Below are positions 11,507 through 23,400 of a stretch of DNA of 64,000 nucleotides, one piece after another. Under the pieces are notes generated by a model, which saw nothing but the letters and a program-made list of their open reading frames with translations, was not told the DNA's origin and did not search any database. This DNA comes from Neovahlkampfia damariscottae (taxonomy: Eukaryota). Location of the stretch: assembly GCA_016618085.1 (NCBI GenBank), contig JABLTG010000104.1, positions 1-64,000 of the forward strand. Direction: 5' to 3'. How positions within the stretch are numbered: position 1 is the stretch's first letter; each line of letters opens with the position of its first letter. A program made the translations under genes and the position numbers.

Positions 11507-12234
11507 ATGAACAACAGAGAAAAAGTTAAAGAATTTGTAAATCAATCATCAATTGTACTCTTCATAAAAGGTGATCCAGGTAACGAATTATCGAATTTAA
11601 CTAAAAAAACAAGAGAAACCACTTTGCAAATTCACAAAAAAAATTTTGAAACTCTTTATTTCAAATAACATTAAATTCACTCATCAAAATGTTAGAAAAA
11701 TAAAAGAAAATTCAGAAGAATTATATGAAGAAATTAAAACATTTTCAAATTGGAAAACTTTTCCACAAGTAACATGAAACAAATGTTAAAATATTTTCAA
11801 AGGTTTTTGTTGATGGAGAGTTCATTGGTGGATTAGATATTTGCGAAGAATTAATTGAATCTGGTGAATTGTTTGATATTATTTCACAAAAATGTCCTTC
11901 TTGTCATTTCAAACGAAATGAAAAAAAAAATGTTTTCAGAATACGTTTGCCATCGTCAGATATACTCGAATATGAATATAATGACAAAGATACAATTAAT
12001 ACAATGATAAATAAATTGAATCTCAATAATGAAAAATTCATTTATCTTGAAGAAAAATCAGAAATATTGAAAGAACATTTTTATGCAAATTTAATGGAGA
12101 ATTTTGGAGAAGAAGGAGCAATATTAATTGCAGTTGAAAACATTGACCAATCTTCAGATATTAAAATACTATTTGGGTTTGCAGGTGTCTCGCTTCTCTG
12201 TTATTATGTTTACAAAAAATTTTGTCAAGAATAA
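11507..12234 (+). CDS. Monothiol glutaredoxin-like domain + ubiquitin/UBX-like domain + C-terminal TM anchor
   Basis: Spliced (2 introns): IVLFIKGDPEKPLCKFT...SNWKTFPQVFVDGEFIGGLDI, then FRIRLPSS..., then ILFGFAGVSLLCYYVYKK. Confidence 0.75.
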
Positions 12235-12361
12235 AAAATTTCAAATCTCAAAAAAATCAAAGAGTATTTTTGAATGAAAGAATCAAATTTGATTAACATT
12301 CAAGGATTTGAATCATTTCTCCGATTTTATTATCCAATCATTTTATTTTTCGTTCCAAAAC

Positions 12362-13342
12362 ATGTTGAAACAAGACACCACTGTTAAAATTTATTTGGGT
12401 CTTTCAGTCTTAGTTATATTTAGTACTCTGTTGTTCACTGCTTTTAATTTCAATATCATGACAAAGGGGCAAAATCCATGGAATAAACCTCCACAAAGTT
12501 TTGCAAAGAAAAATGAAAATGGTCCAGGTCTTTTATGGTGTGAAAGAAGAAGACCTATGGATTTTATGGCTGAACCAAGTAATGCTATTAGCAATTTTGC
12601 TTATTTTCTTGTTGGTCTAATAATGATCCATGTTGGAATTTATGATCATCTTTATAATCAAGATCCACAAAAAGAAAAAAAATCTTTGATGATACAATAT
12701 CCTGCTTTTGCATATGCTTATGGTGTCGCTGCTTGTTTATTAGGATTTGGTTCTTTTATGTGGCATGCTTCTAATTTAAAACCTCATGATGATTGGGACA
12801 GAGAATTTATGCACTCTGTTGTCATATACCCTGTGTTCTACTTTATATTTCAGCTTACTTATTGGTTTCCTGTCTCAGGTCATGTATTATTGACATTGCA
12901 TTATGGTTTGAAATACTATTTATTTTTGTTTGGTCTCCCAGTCAACAGCAGAACAGCTATGCTTTATATTTTAGTTACTGTTTTAGGTTTTGCTATTTTC
13001 AATGGTCTCGTTCTTTTCAGAACAAGGCATCTTCGCCTTCAATGGTTAATTTTAGGATTACTTGGATTTCTTGTAGGATGGGGATTTTGGAATCTGGAGA
13101 AATGGCCTGGTTGGTGTTTCCCTGATTCACCAATTCAATTCCATGCTCTTTGGCATGTTTTTACAGCATTAGCAATGCTTTCTTTGTTTTGGTATTTCAG
13201 ATCAGAAACCAAACGTGCAGATGAAACGGATTCAAATGTTTTGATTCTTCAATCAAATTCCCAAACTTATGGTGTTGATAAACTCATTGAACAAATGGAA
13301 TCACTCTGTGAAATATTTGAAAGTGATGAAAACTCAGAATAA
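12362..13342 (+). CDS. Alkaline ceramidase / CREST family membrane hydrolase (paralog 1)
   Basis: WCE...EPSNAISN, GSFMWHA, D, HALWH motifs; about 7 TM helices; intronless. Confidence 0.85.
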   Translation: MLKQDTTVKIYLGLSVLVIFSTLLFTAFNFNIMTKGQNPWNKPPQSFAKKNENGPGLLWCERRRPMDFMAEPSNAISNFAYFLVGLIMIHVGIYDHLYNQDPQKEKKSLMIQYPAFAYAYGVAACLLGFGSFMWHASNLKPHDDWDREFMHSVVIYPVFYFIFQLTYWFPVSGHVLLTLHYGLKYYLFLFGLPVNSRTAMLYILVTVLGFAIFNGLVLFRTRHLRLQWLILGLLGFLVGWGFWNLEKWPGWCFPDSPIQFHALWHVFTALAMLSLFWYFRSETKRADETDSNVLILQSNSQTYGVDKLIEQMESLCEIFESDENSE

Positions 13343-13402
13343 AAATTCTGTTTTGTTTAAAAAGTGAATTGTAAATTTGACCAATCATTTCACTACAACA
13401 TC

Positions 13403-14404
13403 ATGACGTTTGGTGTGAGAGAAGCCACTGCTAAAATATATTTAACACTTTCTGTAGTAGGTATATGGTGTATTTGTTTATTTATTGTTATTAACTTCAA
13501 CATACTCACAAAAGGAACCAATCCTTGGAACAAACCAACATCAAGAATTCAAAAAAATCATACCAGCCCAATCCAAAGCCACTACTGTAATCAAAAAATA
13601 AATAAAAATGATAAAAATGGACCAGGTCTTTTATGGTGCGAAAGAAGAAGACCTCTAGATTTTATGGCTGAACCAAGTAACTCTTTGAGTAATTTTGCAT
13701 ACATTCTCTTTGGTTTGATAATGATTCACTTTGGAATTTATGATCAATATTACAATACAGATCCTGACAAAGACAAAAAATCATTGATAATTCAACACCC
13801 AGCTTTTTCATATGCTTTTGGATTTTCAAATATTCTTTTAGGTATTTGCTCATTTCTCTTTCATGCAGCCAACATGAAACCATATGGCCATTGGGATGTA
13901 ATGAGTATGTACTCATGTACATTATATCCAATTTGGTACATGATATTTCAACATGTTCATTGGATTCCAAAATCAGGAGATGTACTTTTATGCATTCATT
14001 TTGGAATATTATACTATTTGTTTTTATTTGGATTGCCTGGATATTCAAATCAGTTTGTTATGATTTCAATAGTTCTCATTCTCCTCGTGGGTGTGATTGC
14101 TACATATTTTATAAAAAGGGAGAACCGAGTTTTCTCTATCTGGGTTGTAGTTGCTGCTTTCTTTTCAGTTATATTCGGATTTGCTTTATGGAATTTAGAA
14201 AAAGTCCCTGGATGGTGCAACCCAGATGCAATTTTCCAATTCCATGCAATTTGGCATGCATTAACTGGATTATCACTTGGACTATCATACTGGTATGTAA
14301 GAATAGAAGTTGCAAAAGAAATGATTGAAGAAAGGAATTCATTTGACGTTGTAATTGAAAAAATTGAACAAATTTATGATGTATTTGAAGAAAAAAATCC
14401 ATAG
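13403..14404 (+). CDS. Alkaline ceramidase / CREST family membrane hydrolase (paralog 2)
   Basis: WCE...EPSNSLSN, CSFLFHA, D, HAIWH; tandem duplicate of the upstream gene; intronless. Confidence 0.85.
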   Translation: MTFGVREATAKIYLTLSVVGIWCICLFIVINFNILTKGTNPWNKPTSRIQKNHTSPIQSHYCNQKINKNDKNGPGLLWCERRRPLDFMAEPSNSLSNFAYILFGLIMIHFGIYDQYYNTDPDKDKKSLIIQHPAFSYAFGFSNILLGICSFLFHAANMKPYGHWDVMSMYSCTLYPIWYMIFQHVHWIPKSGDVLLCIHFGILYYLFLFGLPGYSNQFVMISIVLILLVGVIATYFIKRENRVFSIWVVVAAFFSVIFGFALWNLEKVPGWCNPDAIFQFHAIWHALTGLSLGLSYWYVRIEVAKEMIEERNSFDVVIEKIEQIYDVFEEKNP

Positions 14405-14502
14405 AAAATAAATATTGTTTGAATCCTTTTTCACAAAAAAATTTATTAAATTTAGTTTCTTTTTTTTTGTCCAATGAAACAGATCAATCACTTGAAAGAA
14501 GG

Positions 14503-15573
14503 ATGAAAGATGAATTAAAAATTCTTGCTGGTGGACTGATAAAACATTTAAAAATCCAACATATATCACATGAAAATCAGAAAATTGTGATGAAACTAAA
14601 AGTTGAAGAGATTCATTTAGCCGGAACATTAAAACGAGTACATGGTGGCACATTTTCAACTTTATGTGATACATGTATTGGACTTGGTTCAAAATTAAAC
14701 TTACCAAAAAATGCTACAAACTTTGCAGTCTTAAATTCAAACACAAACTTTTTAGGTTTTGGAAGTTTAGGAGATACTTTAACTTGCACTGCAACACAGA
14801 TGCACTGTGGAAAATCAACTCAAGTTTGGGATGCAGTAATAAAATCAAACAACAAAATTTTATCAACCACAAAATCTACTGTTTTAAATTTATATGAAAC
14901 TGAAATGGAGATAAAAAATAACAAATTATTAGGTTTAAATTTTACAATAAAAGATACAAATAAAGAAGAAATAGAATCTAAATTTGATGCTTATTCTGTC
15001 AAATGGGAGGAGTATGTCAAATTTGGAAAATACAATATTTTTAATTGGATTTCTGAAAATTGTAAAAACGTAAAGAACAAAGATTATCAAATATTAGACT
15101 TAGCATGCGGAATAGGTTTAATAACAAAATGTCTTAAAGAAAATGGAGTCAAAGGAAAGTTTACAGGATCAGATATTTCTCAAGGAATGATTGAAAAAGC
15201 GATGAAAACAAAAAATTATAATGGAGGAATTTTAAAATTAGATTTGGATGAAAAAATACCATTAAACAAAAAATTTGATCTGATAACTTGTTTTGGAGCC
15301 ACAGAATTATTCAATTCAGTTGACACATTTCTCCAAGAAGTTCGTAGATTGTTAAAAGGTGAATTTTGGGTTTCTTTTCAATTTAATGATGAAATATTTA
15401 ATCCAACAGAACACCAAGGAATTAAAGGTTTCACAGAAAATGAAATTAGAAATAAATTAAAAAACTATAACTTTAACATTTTGGATTTGAAAATTGAAAA
15501 AGAAGCTTATTTTACAAACCATCCAGAAAGAGGATATTCTGCAGTGCCATATATTTTAATAAGGTGTAAATAA
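14503..15573 (+). CDS. PaaI-type hotdog thioesterase fused to class I SAM methyltransferase
   Basis: VHGGTFSTLCD and HCGKSTQVW (PaaI); ILDLACGIG, GSDISQGM, FDLITC (methyltransferase); single exon. Confidence 0.8.
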   Translation: MKDELKILAGGLIKHLKIQHISHENQKIVMKLKVEEIHLAGTLKRVHGGTFSTLCDTCIGLGSKLNLPKNATNFAVLNSNTNFLGFGSLGDTLTCTATQMHCGKSTQVWDAVIKSNNKILSTTKSTVLNLYETEMEIKNNKLLGLNFTIKDTNKEEIESKFDAYSVKWEEYVKFGKYNIFNWISENCKNVKNKDYQILDLACGIGLITKCLKENGVKGKFTGSDISQGMIEKAMKTKNYNGGILKLDLDEKIPLNKKFDLITCFGATELFNSVDTFLQEVRRLLKGEFWVSFQFNDEIFNPTEHQGIKGFTENEIRNKLKNYNFNILDLKIEKEAYFTNHPERGYSAVPYILIRCK

Positions 15574-15584
15574 AAAATTGTTAT

Positions 15585-15926
15585 TTAAGTACGAATTGGT
15601 GGACTGATTAAAATAATACCATCTCCTCTAACAAAGAGCATTGGAATTTTTCTTTTTTTTGTTTCTATTGTTTGTTCATTTGTTTCAACGTTTACCTTTG
15701 TATGAAATTAATTATTTTTTTTTTACTTTGTAAATTTCTTGTGTTTCTTCTGCATTTCCGAGCACTAAATTCAAATGTTGATCAAATCCCTTCAAAAAGT
15801 CAAAATAATCAGAATTATTACATGTAATACACCTTTTAATTCTCTATTTCCTTTCATTTTTACAACTACTTTCTCATCTAAAGCAAGTTTTATTAAGTCA
15901 AGTGGTTCTTGTAAAGTTGAAGACAT
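15585..15926 (-). CDS. LSM3: U6 snRNA-associated Sm-like protein LSm3 (absent from ORF track)
   Basis: Two introns give [46 protein letters not shown]...[15 protein letters not shown]. Confidence 0.95.
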
Positions 15927-16043
15927 TTTAAAGATCCAATCAGATTGTTTGGAAAAAAAAGGAAACTAAACATTTCATTTCTTTCGTATAATTGTTTCAT
16001 TTTCTTCATTTTTTCTTTAGTATTTTTTTATTGGTCATTTCAA

Positions 16044-16879
16044 ATGAGTTTCCGAAACAGATGGTCGTATGATGAACCTCTCATGTATTCATCTCGTGAT
16101 TCTAGGTCTCTATTCAGCTCGAAATACTCTTGGATAATCTCAGTGGCACTTGTAACAATTTTTTTATGGAGATTTAGATATGGAGAACTTATTTTATATC
16201 CATTTACTTTAGTTTCAACATTTGTACATGAATTAGGACATGGTTTAACTGCAAAATTGGTAGGATTTCAATTTTCCAGTCTTTTAATGGAAACAGGTAA
16301 TTTTTTTATGATTTGAATATTAGATGGAAGTGGAATGGCTGTATTTTATTATCCAGAAGATGCTTCAAGATTTGCCTTAGCTTTTGTTTCATTTATGGGA
16401 CCGATGAATGGACCTTTCATGGGAAGTATTTTCATCATTTTGAGAAGTTTTAATTTGACAAAACAAATTATTTACTTTTTTATTATTGCATTGACTCTTA
16501 CTGGTATATTATACATTGGAAACTTTTTTGGATTTATATTCATTATTGCAATGATTGCATTATTAATTATTGTTTTACAAACAAAAGAAATTTTTCAAAT
16601 ATTTTTTGTTGATATGTTAGGAACTCAAATAGGTATTTTTTAATTTTTTTTTTAATTTTTGAAGCCATTGGAATCTATCATGATTTAGAATATCTTTTTA
16701 CTTACGAAGTTGAAGGAATGAATGGAAAAATGATGCTTTCTGATACAGGATCAATCCAACAAGTTCTAATTTTACCTCATTGGTTTTGGGCCACTTTTAT
16801 GTTGTGTATAGCTACATTTATGTTAATTTCAAGTTTAATTTTATCATTCAATCGTTCTAAAGATGATTCAATTGATTAA
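16044..16879 (+). CDS. Peptidase M50B-like membrane metalloprotease
   Basis: TFVHELGHG zinc motif, DGSG, distal SD motif, multiple TMs. Two introns; the first is 27 nt (16297-16323). Confidence 0.8.
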
Positions 16880-16958
16880 ACCAATAAAATTCATTTGTTT
16901 GTCCACATCTTCATCCATGGAGAAGTATTTAGGTTACGTTGAAAAAATTCGAACTTTT

Positions 16959-17607
16959 ATGAATATACCATTGGGTCAAGAAGTTTTTGATCCAAGAATG
17001 ATTGTGTCTCAAATCTTTTTATTACAAACTACTTGTTATATTAGTGTAGGAGTGATTTCTTTTTTTTTGGACGCACTTGTTGGTAAATGGGTATGCCTAG
17101 ATCAATTGGTAAATTTATATTCAATTTAAATATGATTATAGTTCAGTTATAGAGCCTTTTCACTTTATTCATTATTTGGAGGAGCTACAAGTAAGTGTTT
17201 TAAATTTTTCTAAATTTTGTTAACAGTGATTTCATGGATTTTGGGTTCTTTTATGAAGTAATTTGAGTTAAAAAAATTAAAATATAGTGCTTTGGCAATG
17301 TACTTTGTTATTCAAAGATCCAGAAAGTGTCTAGATTTTACTTTAACTTTTTATTTTGTTCATTTTTTTGTTTGTGTATTTTTCAAAGGATTTCCAATAC
17401 AGTAAGAGATAACAAATTAGAAAATATTTTTTAAAAAGTTGGGAATGGTGGATTTGTATGGTCTTGTGTGCCATAATTCAATCAGTTTTAGGTGAATTTC
17501 TTTGTTATAGAAGAGAATTACAATATATTCCAATAAAAAAGAAAAAGACAAAAGAGAAACAAGATACAAAAATTGAAGTGTTGAATACTGATGATTTGGA
17601 AGTCTAA
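16959..17607 (+). CDS. SYS1: Golgi protein SYS1
   Basis: FDPRMIVSQI...RSRKCLDFTLT...WEWW..GEFLCYRRELQYIP; four introns. Confidence 0.9.
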
Positions 17608-17731
17608 AAGTAAAAAAAATAAAAACATATTTATTTTTAAAAAAATATTCAAAAATTTAATTTTTTAAATGAAAAATTTATTTTTTTTTTTCTGCCAATC
17701 AAATTTTGTTTGTACTTCTCTTCAATTTTTT

Positions 17732-20275
17732 ATGTTGCGCACAGTTCATAAATCATTCACCAAAGTTTTGATAAAACAGAAATATCATAACTTCCATACA
17801 AATTCAAAAAAATTTAAAAAAGAAGATGAAACAGAAAATTTTCAAACGAGTGAAATTATCCAAAACAAACACAGCGTTACACAAAAAAAAAAATATGAAA
17901 CAAAAGATGGTGAAATAGAAGAAACTAAATTTAAATATGAACATCCAAAAAAAGATGAATCTTTTGAAAGTCACCAAAAAAAAGTTAAAACAGTTGTTGC
18001 TGGAAATACACTTGAAAATATAACTGAAAAAAAACGTTCAATGAGAAGAAAGAATATTGATCAAAATGAATATATAGATGAATTAAAAGTCAAAAGTCAA
18101 ACAAAAAGAGCAACTTCACCTGAAAGAACAAGTCAAAACAAATTTGGAATTTTGAAATCAGAAGAAAAATTAGAAAAAGTTCAAAGAACACAAACAACAG
18201 TTTCACCATATGACAAGAATTCAACTATCAAAAAGAAAGGAAGTGTAGTTAAACATGCACCTGAAAAAGATTATTCTTCAAAAAAAGTTGAATTAGGAAA
18301 AGTATTAAGTCAATTAAAAGAAAATGTCAAAACTGTTAAAAGTGTTGAAAAAGTTGAAAATCAAAAGGTAATTAGAAAACAAGATACAGTTCATCAAAAA
18401 AGAACAGTTACTTTAGAAACAAAAAGTCCAAGAACTTTAAAAGAATCTGAATTTAGAAGAATTACTTCAAGACCAAATCAACAAAGTCTTACAACCAATG
18501 AACAACCAAAAAGATTTGGAGGAAATAAAACAGCAAGAAGATTACCACCTGTTGAACCAAAAATAAAAGAATCACCTGAAGTATCATTACCTGATGAAAT
18601 TGATGAAGAAGATCATATTGAAGAAATTCCAATGGGTGAAGATGAAGATTATATTTCACCAAATGATTTCAAACGTAATATTCAAATTCAAAGAGCAATT
18701 GCAAAAGAAAGAGATGAAAAAAGATTACTCAGAGAAGAAAAAAAAAAAAAAGAATTAAAAACTTCAAAGAGAAGAGAATCAAGAAAAAAAAAACTTGATG
18801 AAGATTTTGGAAGAGAAAAAAAAAGTTCAAATGAAGAAGATTATGAATTTGATTATGAAGAAGGTTATAAACAAGAAAGAAAAACAAAATCATCTTCAAA
18901 ATCTGAACAAGATGATTTTCCTGTTGCTTATTCAAAATCAATTATTCCTGAATATTTTACAGATTCACAAGCTGTTCCTTATGAAAATGGTGAAAAACAA
19001 GCAAAGTTAACAAATATATTGACAAACTCTTTGAAAAGAATCAGTACAGAAATTGTTCAAATTTTGAATGAAATCAATAAAGAAAAAGAAAAAGAAATTC
19101 AAAAATTAGAAACAAAAGTTTCAAAAGGTGAAATTTCTCAAGAAAAAGCAAATTTAATGAAAAGAGCATATCCAGATGTTTACACTCTCTCAACAGTTCC
19201 AAATTTTAATTTTCAAAGTACAGATTCAGTATCACAAGTTTTACAAGAATTTGTAACAAAATATGAAACAATTAAAGAAGAAAAGATATCAACTATTAAA
19301 GATATTGAAAGATTAAATGCATTTGAGTTACAAGAATTTGAAAAGAAAGGTGAATTAACAAAAGAAATTATTGAAAGTTATATTGATGAAACACCAATGT
19401 CTGCAATTATTGATGAAGTTTATCGTCAATTAGATTATAAATTAAATGTTCTTGGAGACAATATTACATTTGATAATTGTCAAAGTGTAATTGATGATCT
19501 CATGAATCAACATTTTGTTGGAAGAAATTCAGCTGTTTCAAAATATTTACCAAAAGATGAAGAAGATGAAAATATCAATAGAACTCATTGGAGTCAATGG
19601 ATAAATGAAGAACAAAAAAAAGAACTTTCTTTTGCATTTCTTTCAAAATTATATGAAATTGCAGGACATATTAAAAATCCAACTGAATTTCAAAAAAGTA
19701 TTGAAAATTATTCAAGAGAAAATGAAAGTTCAAATGATGATTTGGATGATGATGAATATATGCAAACACCTGATGAATTAGAAAATCATGTTTTAGTTTT
19801 AGAAAAGAAATTACTTCGTCAAATTGCAGCTTTTCGTCATGAAGTAATTGAATATCAAATTGATACACCTAAAATTGAAGATATTAGAGCTTATAAAATT
19901 GCAGGTAAATTTGGAAAGAATAGAGTTATGGTACCTTATGAAAGATATTATTCAAGATATATTGATGAATTAAAAGATGGTAGTTATGCAAAAAATCGTT
20001 TTGTTCAACAATGTAGATCTGTTTCAAAAAATACAACAATGACAGTGAAACAAAAAGTACATTATATGAAATCAATGTTTAATGTTTATAAACAATTTAA
20101 TCTTGATACAAGAGGTGAACGTAAACCATTTGTTAAAACACCTATTTTGGAGAAATATTTACCAAAACCAAAGAAAGATTTTGATGAAAGATCACAATAC
20201 GTTTTGGATTTGATCACACAAAAAAGAGAGAAAACAAAAAATGTTAGAGATAAAAGAAAACAAAAAAAGGAATAA
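17732..20275 (+). CDS. Large mitochondrial protein, possibly mitoribosomal mS31-like
   Basis: Presequence-like start MLRTVHKSFTK. C-terminal SKNTTMTVKQKVHYM resembles the mS31 motif SKNPYLSVKQK (from recall). Single exon. Confidence 0.45.
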   Translation: MLRTVHKSFTKVLIKQKYHNFHTNSKKFKKEDETENFQTSEIIQNKHSVTQKKKYETKDGEIEETKFKYEHPKKDESFESHQKKVKTVVAGNTLENITEKKRSMRRKNIDQNEYIDELKVKSQTKRATSPERTSQNKFGILKSEEKLEKVQRTQTTVSPYDKNSTIKKKGSVVKHAPEKDYSSKKVELGKVLSQLKENVKTVKSVEKVENQKVIRKQDTVHQKRTVTLETKSPRTLKESEFRRITSRPNQQSLTTNEQPKRFGGNKTARRLPPVEPKIKESPEVSLPDEIDEEDHIEEIPMGEDEDYISPNDFKRNIQIQRAIAKERDEKRLLREEKKKKELKTSKRRESRKKKLDEDFGREKKSSNEEDYEFDYEEGYKQERKTKSSSKSEQDDFPVAYSKSIIPEYFTDSQAVPYENGEKQAKLTNILTNSLKRISTEIVQILNEINKEKEKEIQKLETKVSKGEISQEKANLMKRAYPDVYTLSTVPNFNFQSTDSVSQVLQEFVTKYETIKEEKISTIKDIERLNAFELQEFEKKGELTKEIIESYIDETPMSAIIDEVYRQLDYKLNVLGDNITFDNCQSVIDDLMNQHFVGRNSAVSKYLPKDEEDENINRTHWSQWINEEQKKELSFAFLSKLYEIAGHIKNPTEFQKSIENYSRENESSNDDLDDDEYMQTPDELENHVLVLEKKLLRQIAAFRHEVIEYQIDTPKIEDIRAYKIAGKFGKNRVMVPYERYYSRYIDELKDGSYAKNRFVQQCRSVSKNTTMTVKQKVHYMKSMFNVYKQFNLDTRGERKPFVKTPILEKYLPKPKKDFDERSQYVLDLITQKREKTKNVRDKRKQKKE

Positions 20276-20419
20276 ATTAAATTGTGCTCATTTTAATCTT
20301 CCAAAAGTTCATCATTGAATGACTCAATTGGTCTTGAATCCTATTCAAAACCCAATTGGGTTTTCTCTTTTATTTATTCTCCGATTGATTGCACCAATCA
20401 AAATAACATACTGTTTCTG

Positions 20420-23400
20420 ATGTCCAGCTGGATAAAAAAGGAGGATTTTGGAGTTAGTAAGGAAATCAATAATTAAATTTAGTTATAAAAAAACCAAATA
20501 AAGAAGATGTATTCAACGCAGACGTTTCACCAGTAATTCAAAAAAATTATTAAAAAACAACAACCAGGGTGACTTTATAATTATAAAAGCATTTAGTGGA
20601 TATAACACTGGATGGTTGGTATTTGGTAAATTTGGGTCAAACAAGAAATCAATAATTCATGAAACAAATGTTCGTATTTTTTCTGAAATAAGAAGAGAAA
20701 TAAAACGAAAGGAATTTGATTTTACAAAAGATATTGAAACATTATCAAAGAAAGCAGAAAATTGGTGGGACACTTTCTTATGGAATCCAAATTTTGGAAA
20801 ACAATGTGAAAAATTATTCTCAAACATTCAAGAAATTTTTCATCATTTTTTTGCTGAATCATTAGTAAGAATAAGAAGAAGTTTTAATTTATAAATAGCC
20901 TGATAATTTATTTGAGCAGTTATTTCAATTAACTATTCCAACAATAGAAGAAATGCAACATATGATTCAATCTCCAAAGAATTTTGCTTCATTTTTTCCA
21001 AAATTTGATAAGTATCATGAAACTTCAAGTGAATTTATGAAAAAAGATATTATACCTTATAAAAAAACAGGAAAATTAAAAGGAAAAATTGCTGACGAAT
21101 CAAATAGTTCAATTTTAGAATTATCACAATTGTACTATGATAAAGAAGCAAAAATTGATAGTCAAATTGAAGAATTTAAAAAAAAACTTATTTTGAATAA
21201 AGATACTTCAAAAAGAAAATTCACAGTTTTCAGTAGCAAAAAGAATCAAGAAAAAGGTCATCATCAACAACAACAACAAGCAGTTACACTTCCTGATCTT
21301 GAAACACAATTTCAAGTTACTATTAACAAATTTGGATACAATGTAAAGAGTTAGTTAATTGAACTAAATTTTTCAAGATGGATGACAAAGTTGAAGTTCA
21401 ATTTTATTTGTACTCCGGAATTGAAAAAAAATTCATTTCTGAACCTTTTCAAATCAATTTAGAAGTTAATAAAAATACAGAAAGAACAAAATTGATTAAT
21501 TTTGAAGTAAACATAAATTTAACAAATTTTAACTTTTAAGAATTTAGAAAAACGTGATTATGATCGTCAATTATATTTAGTTGTCAGAGTTTATAGAATA
21601 GGTGATTTACTTCATAAAAAAGAATCAGCGCATCATTTAAAAAGACCTCATGGAATTGCTGTTGCTGCTCTGTCAAACGCATTATTAGTTGAATTATTTG
21701 ATGGTTTAAAGTTAGATGAAACATTAACATTATATACTTGTAAAGAAGATTTATTTCATAATTTTCATCAAATTATAATTGATACTCAAAGTCAAGGATC
21801 ATACAATTTACAAGAATTACATTTTGAAAAATCAGACAAAATTAGTTTACCTTTGAATGTTGAATATTCCATTGTTCAAAAAAAGTACTCAGAATGGATT
21901 GATGAAGACGAATATAATACAAATATTCCATCTTGTAAATTACTTAAATTCTCTGAAGTAATTGAACCTTCTTGTTTAAGGAATGATATTTATTTAATGC
22001 TTAACTCTTCATATTTTCAGGGATTACAAGATAAATTATTCAAAAGTGCTGAAAAACAATACAGAAATGTTTTAGTTAAAGTGAAAGTACTTTCTCAACC
22101 AATTGAAGATGCTGAATTATTAAAACTCATTTCAAAACAACAACAAAAACAACAACTTGGTGATACAAAAATGGAATTAGTCAAACAATGTATATTCTCA
22201 AGTGTTCCAGAAGCAAGAAATTCTAATTATACAACTGCAGTTCAATTCCATGTTCAATCACCAACATGGAATGAAATGATTAGATTAAATATCAAACCTC
22301 AAGTTTTACCAAAATCTTACATAATGTTTCATTTCTTTAAAGTCTCAACAAAGAACAGTAATTTGAAATTAATGACTCACTTTTAAAGATGCTCCTGAAG
22401 CAAATCCATTTGGTTTTGCTTATTTAAAATTGATGACATCAGATGGACTTTGCCTACCTGAAAAGGATTATCATTTAACTATTTTCAAATATGAAAAGGA
22501 TATTGATTATAAAATTGATAAATTTGATTTGGATCAAGATAAACAATCAAAATTATATACAAAAAGTATTTTTGATATTGAAACTGTTTTGGTTTCAACA
22601 GAATTAACTTATGATGAAAATTTAAAAAATTTGTTAAATTGGAAAGAGTCTAAATCACTTGAGTCAGTGATTAAAAAGTTCTTTTTTATTAAAAAGGAAG
22701 AAGTTCTAGCATTTTTAAGAGGCATTTTAGATTCTCTTTTTTCAATACTTCATGAAAAATCAAATGAAAAAGAAATTAGATCAGAAACGTTTGAAATTAA
22801 TTAATTTAACTTTTTTTTAGTATCAAAGCAATTGTAAACTTAATTAGTTCAATTGTATCCGTTCCAAAGTACAAAGATTATCAATTAGTGTTACATGAAT
22901 ACATTGAATCAAATATGAAATCTCCAAGTTTATGGATTGTTTTCCTTGATTATTTAAGTTTTCATTTTGATGAAGCAAATATTAAATCAACAGGAAATTC
23001 ATACTTTGGAGAAATTGTCAAATCACTCAATTTTCTTTTTAAAATTATTCATTTTTCAAGATTACAATTTGAAAAAGATACAAATGTTGAAGACAAATTA
23101 GAATTTCAATCAAAAATTTCTGATGTAATGAAAAAGTTAAATCTCATTGTAAAATCTGATTCAACAACCTACAAAGTAGTTCAATCAATTTTATTCAAAT
23201 ATATTGGACCTATTTTTGATCATATCACTTACCATTTTGAGACAAAACATGCTGGACAAATGGTTTTACAGTTTGTTGATGGAGTAAAATCACAAAGGAA
23301 TTTTCTTGCAAGTACACTATCAATCATTTTCAATGGAAAAGTTTTTGCAAATGATAATTTAAGAGAATTCATATTTCCTGAATTAATTTCAGACTTAATT

